In this document: positions 62,168 to 64,000 of the stretch, one piece after another
Layout of the letters: each line of letters opens with the position of its first letter
How positions within the stretch are numbered: the stretch's first letter is position 1
Source: Leucoraja ocellata
Lineage: Eukaryota
Direction: 5' to 3'
Assembly: GCA_036785375.1 (NCBI GenBank)
Contig: JAWMAR010000070.1
Location: 7,378,001-7,442,000 of the forward strand
DNA: 64,000 nucleotides
Program-made: the position numbers and the translations under genes
Notes under the pieces: model-generated
The model's database searches: none
What the model saw: the letters and a program-made list of their open reading frames with translations, nothing else
Told to the model about the DNA's origin: nothing

Positions 62168-64000
62168 TTCAGCAGGGCCAGTCCCAGGGTCAGTAACAAA
62201 GTCTAGTTTAGTTTAGTTTAGTTCCGTTCAGAGGTACAACAGGGAAACAAGCCCTTCGGCCACAGAGTCAATGGGGACCAGTGATCACCCCATATACTAG
62301 TACTATCCCACACACTAGATACAATTTACACTGACCAATTAACCTACAAACCTGCACGTCTCTGGGGTGTGGGACGAAACCGGAGCTCCCGGATTCCAAA
62401 GAGGAAGGAAGATTCCAAGGGGAGTTAGGGGCGACCGTGGCTGACAAGGGAAGTCAGGGACACTATCACAAATGCATTTCGTTGTCTCTGTTCTGTACAC
62501 TGACAATGACAATTAAATTGAATCTGAATCTGATAAAAGTGAACAGGTATAACGTTGCAAAGATGAGCGGAAAGCCAGGGGATTAGGTAACTCTTTTAAA
62601 GAGCAACAGAAGATAACTAAAAAAGCAATACGGGGAGAAAAGATGAGGTATGAAGGTAAGATAGCCAAGAATAGAAAGGAGGATCGTAAAAGCTTCTTTA
62701 GATATGTGAAAAAAATTAGTTCAGACTAAAATTGGTCCTTTATAGACTAAAAACTTTGGATCCGTCTTCACTAAGGAGAACACAAACAATCTCCCTGATG
62801 TACTAGTGGCCAGAGGATCTGGGGACAACGGAGAGCCAGTGGATGTAGTGTACCTGGACTTGCAGGAAGTATTTGATAAGGTCCCACATAGGAGATTAGT
62901 GGGCAAAATTAGAGCACATGGTATTGGGGGAAGGGCCTGTTTCCATATTGTTTGACTCTGACACTAAGTAGGGAATAGTAAAGGTATAAAGATGAGCAGC
63001 GTGGAAGGTGTGAGCGTGGATCGCCTGCAGTGAGGAGAACTGACCTTGCTTGCACCGGTAAATGTACGTTTAATTTAAATAAACTTTCCTCTGCCTGCCC
63101 TGAAGACAGCCGGTGTGAGTGATTCTTTGTACGCCAGCATTGAGTTGGGTGTGAACTTTGTGCAACTTTTGCTCACTACGGGCAACATCGCCGGATTAAA
63201 GGGCCTGTCCCACGAGCATGCGACTCCATGCGGCAAGCGCGACCTAACGTGGTCACTTGAGCCGTACGGCCTCGCGGGGCCGGTCCCACTTTGATCGCCG
63301 GAGCCGTATGGAGTTGTGTGGAGCTGGTCCCGACATCGCGCGGGGCTCTGAAAAACTGAATATGTTAGGATATGGAAACAGGTTCTTCGGCCCACCGAGT
63401 CTAACCCAACCAATGATCACCCCTACACTAGTTCTAACCTACCCACTAGGGACAATTTACTGAAGCCAATTAACCATCAAATCTACACGTCTTTGCAATC
63501 TGAAAGGGAACCAGAGCACCCGGAGGAAACCCACATGGTCCCAGGGACAATGTACATACACTGTACAGACAGTGCCCGTAGTTACCATCGAAGGCGGGTC
63601 TCTAGCGCTGTAAGGCAGCAACTCTACCGCTGCGCCACTGTACCGCCCCTGCATTGCCCTCGTGCATTGTTAGGGCTGCTGATTAGAGTCCAGTTTTGAC
63701 CCTCGTTGGGTGTCAATTGTGGTTGTCAAGGAGCTTTCTTACCTCCGTATGGAGCCTGGTCTTCCAGTTATAGACCCACACCACCCTGGCCACACTCTCT
63801 TATCACCACTACTGAGGGGAAGGTACAGGAGCCTGAGAACCGTGAGCTCCAGGTTCAAGAGCAGCTTCTTCCCAGCAAGCACAAGGTTGTTGAACCAGCC
63901 TGCACAACCCCAACCACAACCCTACGCCACTCACCACAACCCTACACAACCCTGATGGATACTGCACCACTGGTGATGCCCCACGTACGTTGTCTTGTAC

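Larger units (their letters stand above)
28750..64000 (+). repeat. Tandem array of six gene-containing units (ATG-to-ATG spacing 7139, 6510, 6459, 6510, 5380 bp), running to the window edge
   Basis: The same succession of promoter, intron, CDS, SINE, CR1 and Rex fragments repeats in each unit. Confidence 0.95.

Overview
Repeat-rich vertebrate genomic DNA. The CR1-type LINEs with (ATAGAAAC)n tails, tRNA-derived SINEs and Penelope-like inverted repeats suggest a cartilaginous fish such as a skate or ray (inference). The main content is a cluster of nine intact paralogous genes. Each encodes a small protein of 170-179 aa: signal peptide, a propeptide ending in R-x-x-R, and one V-set immunoglobulin domain with an extra cysteine pair. 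There is no transmembrane or constant domain, and the whole CDS is in a single exon. Three copies (subfamily A) are on the minus strand. Six copies (subfamily B) are on the plus strand in ~5.4-7.1 kb tandem units, with A3 and B1 head-to-head. Promoter, 5' exon, intron, leader and propeptide are almost identical across copies, while the V domains differ mainly in CDR-like loops with mostly amino-acid-changing substitutions. Every promoter has a TATA box, CCAAT boxes, a perfect ER-stress element (CCAAT-N9-CCACG) and ATF4/XBP1-type motifs. A defective endogenous retrovirus sits between A2 and A3 as a tandem LTR-int-LTR-int-LTR array (8989-21021, TSD GTGT). I do not recognise the Ig family; it may be an undescribed germline-diversified secreted single-domain recognition system.
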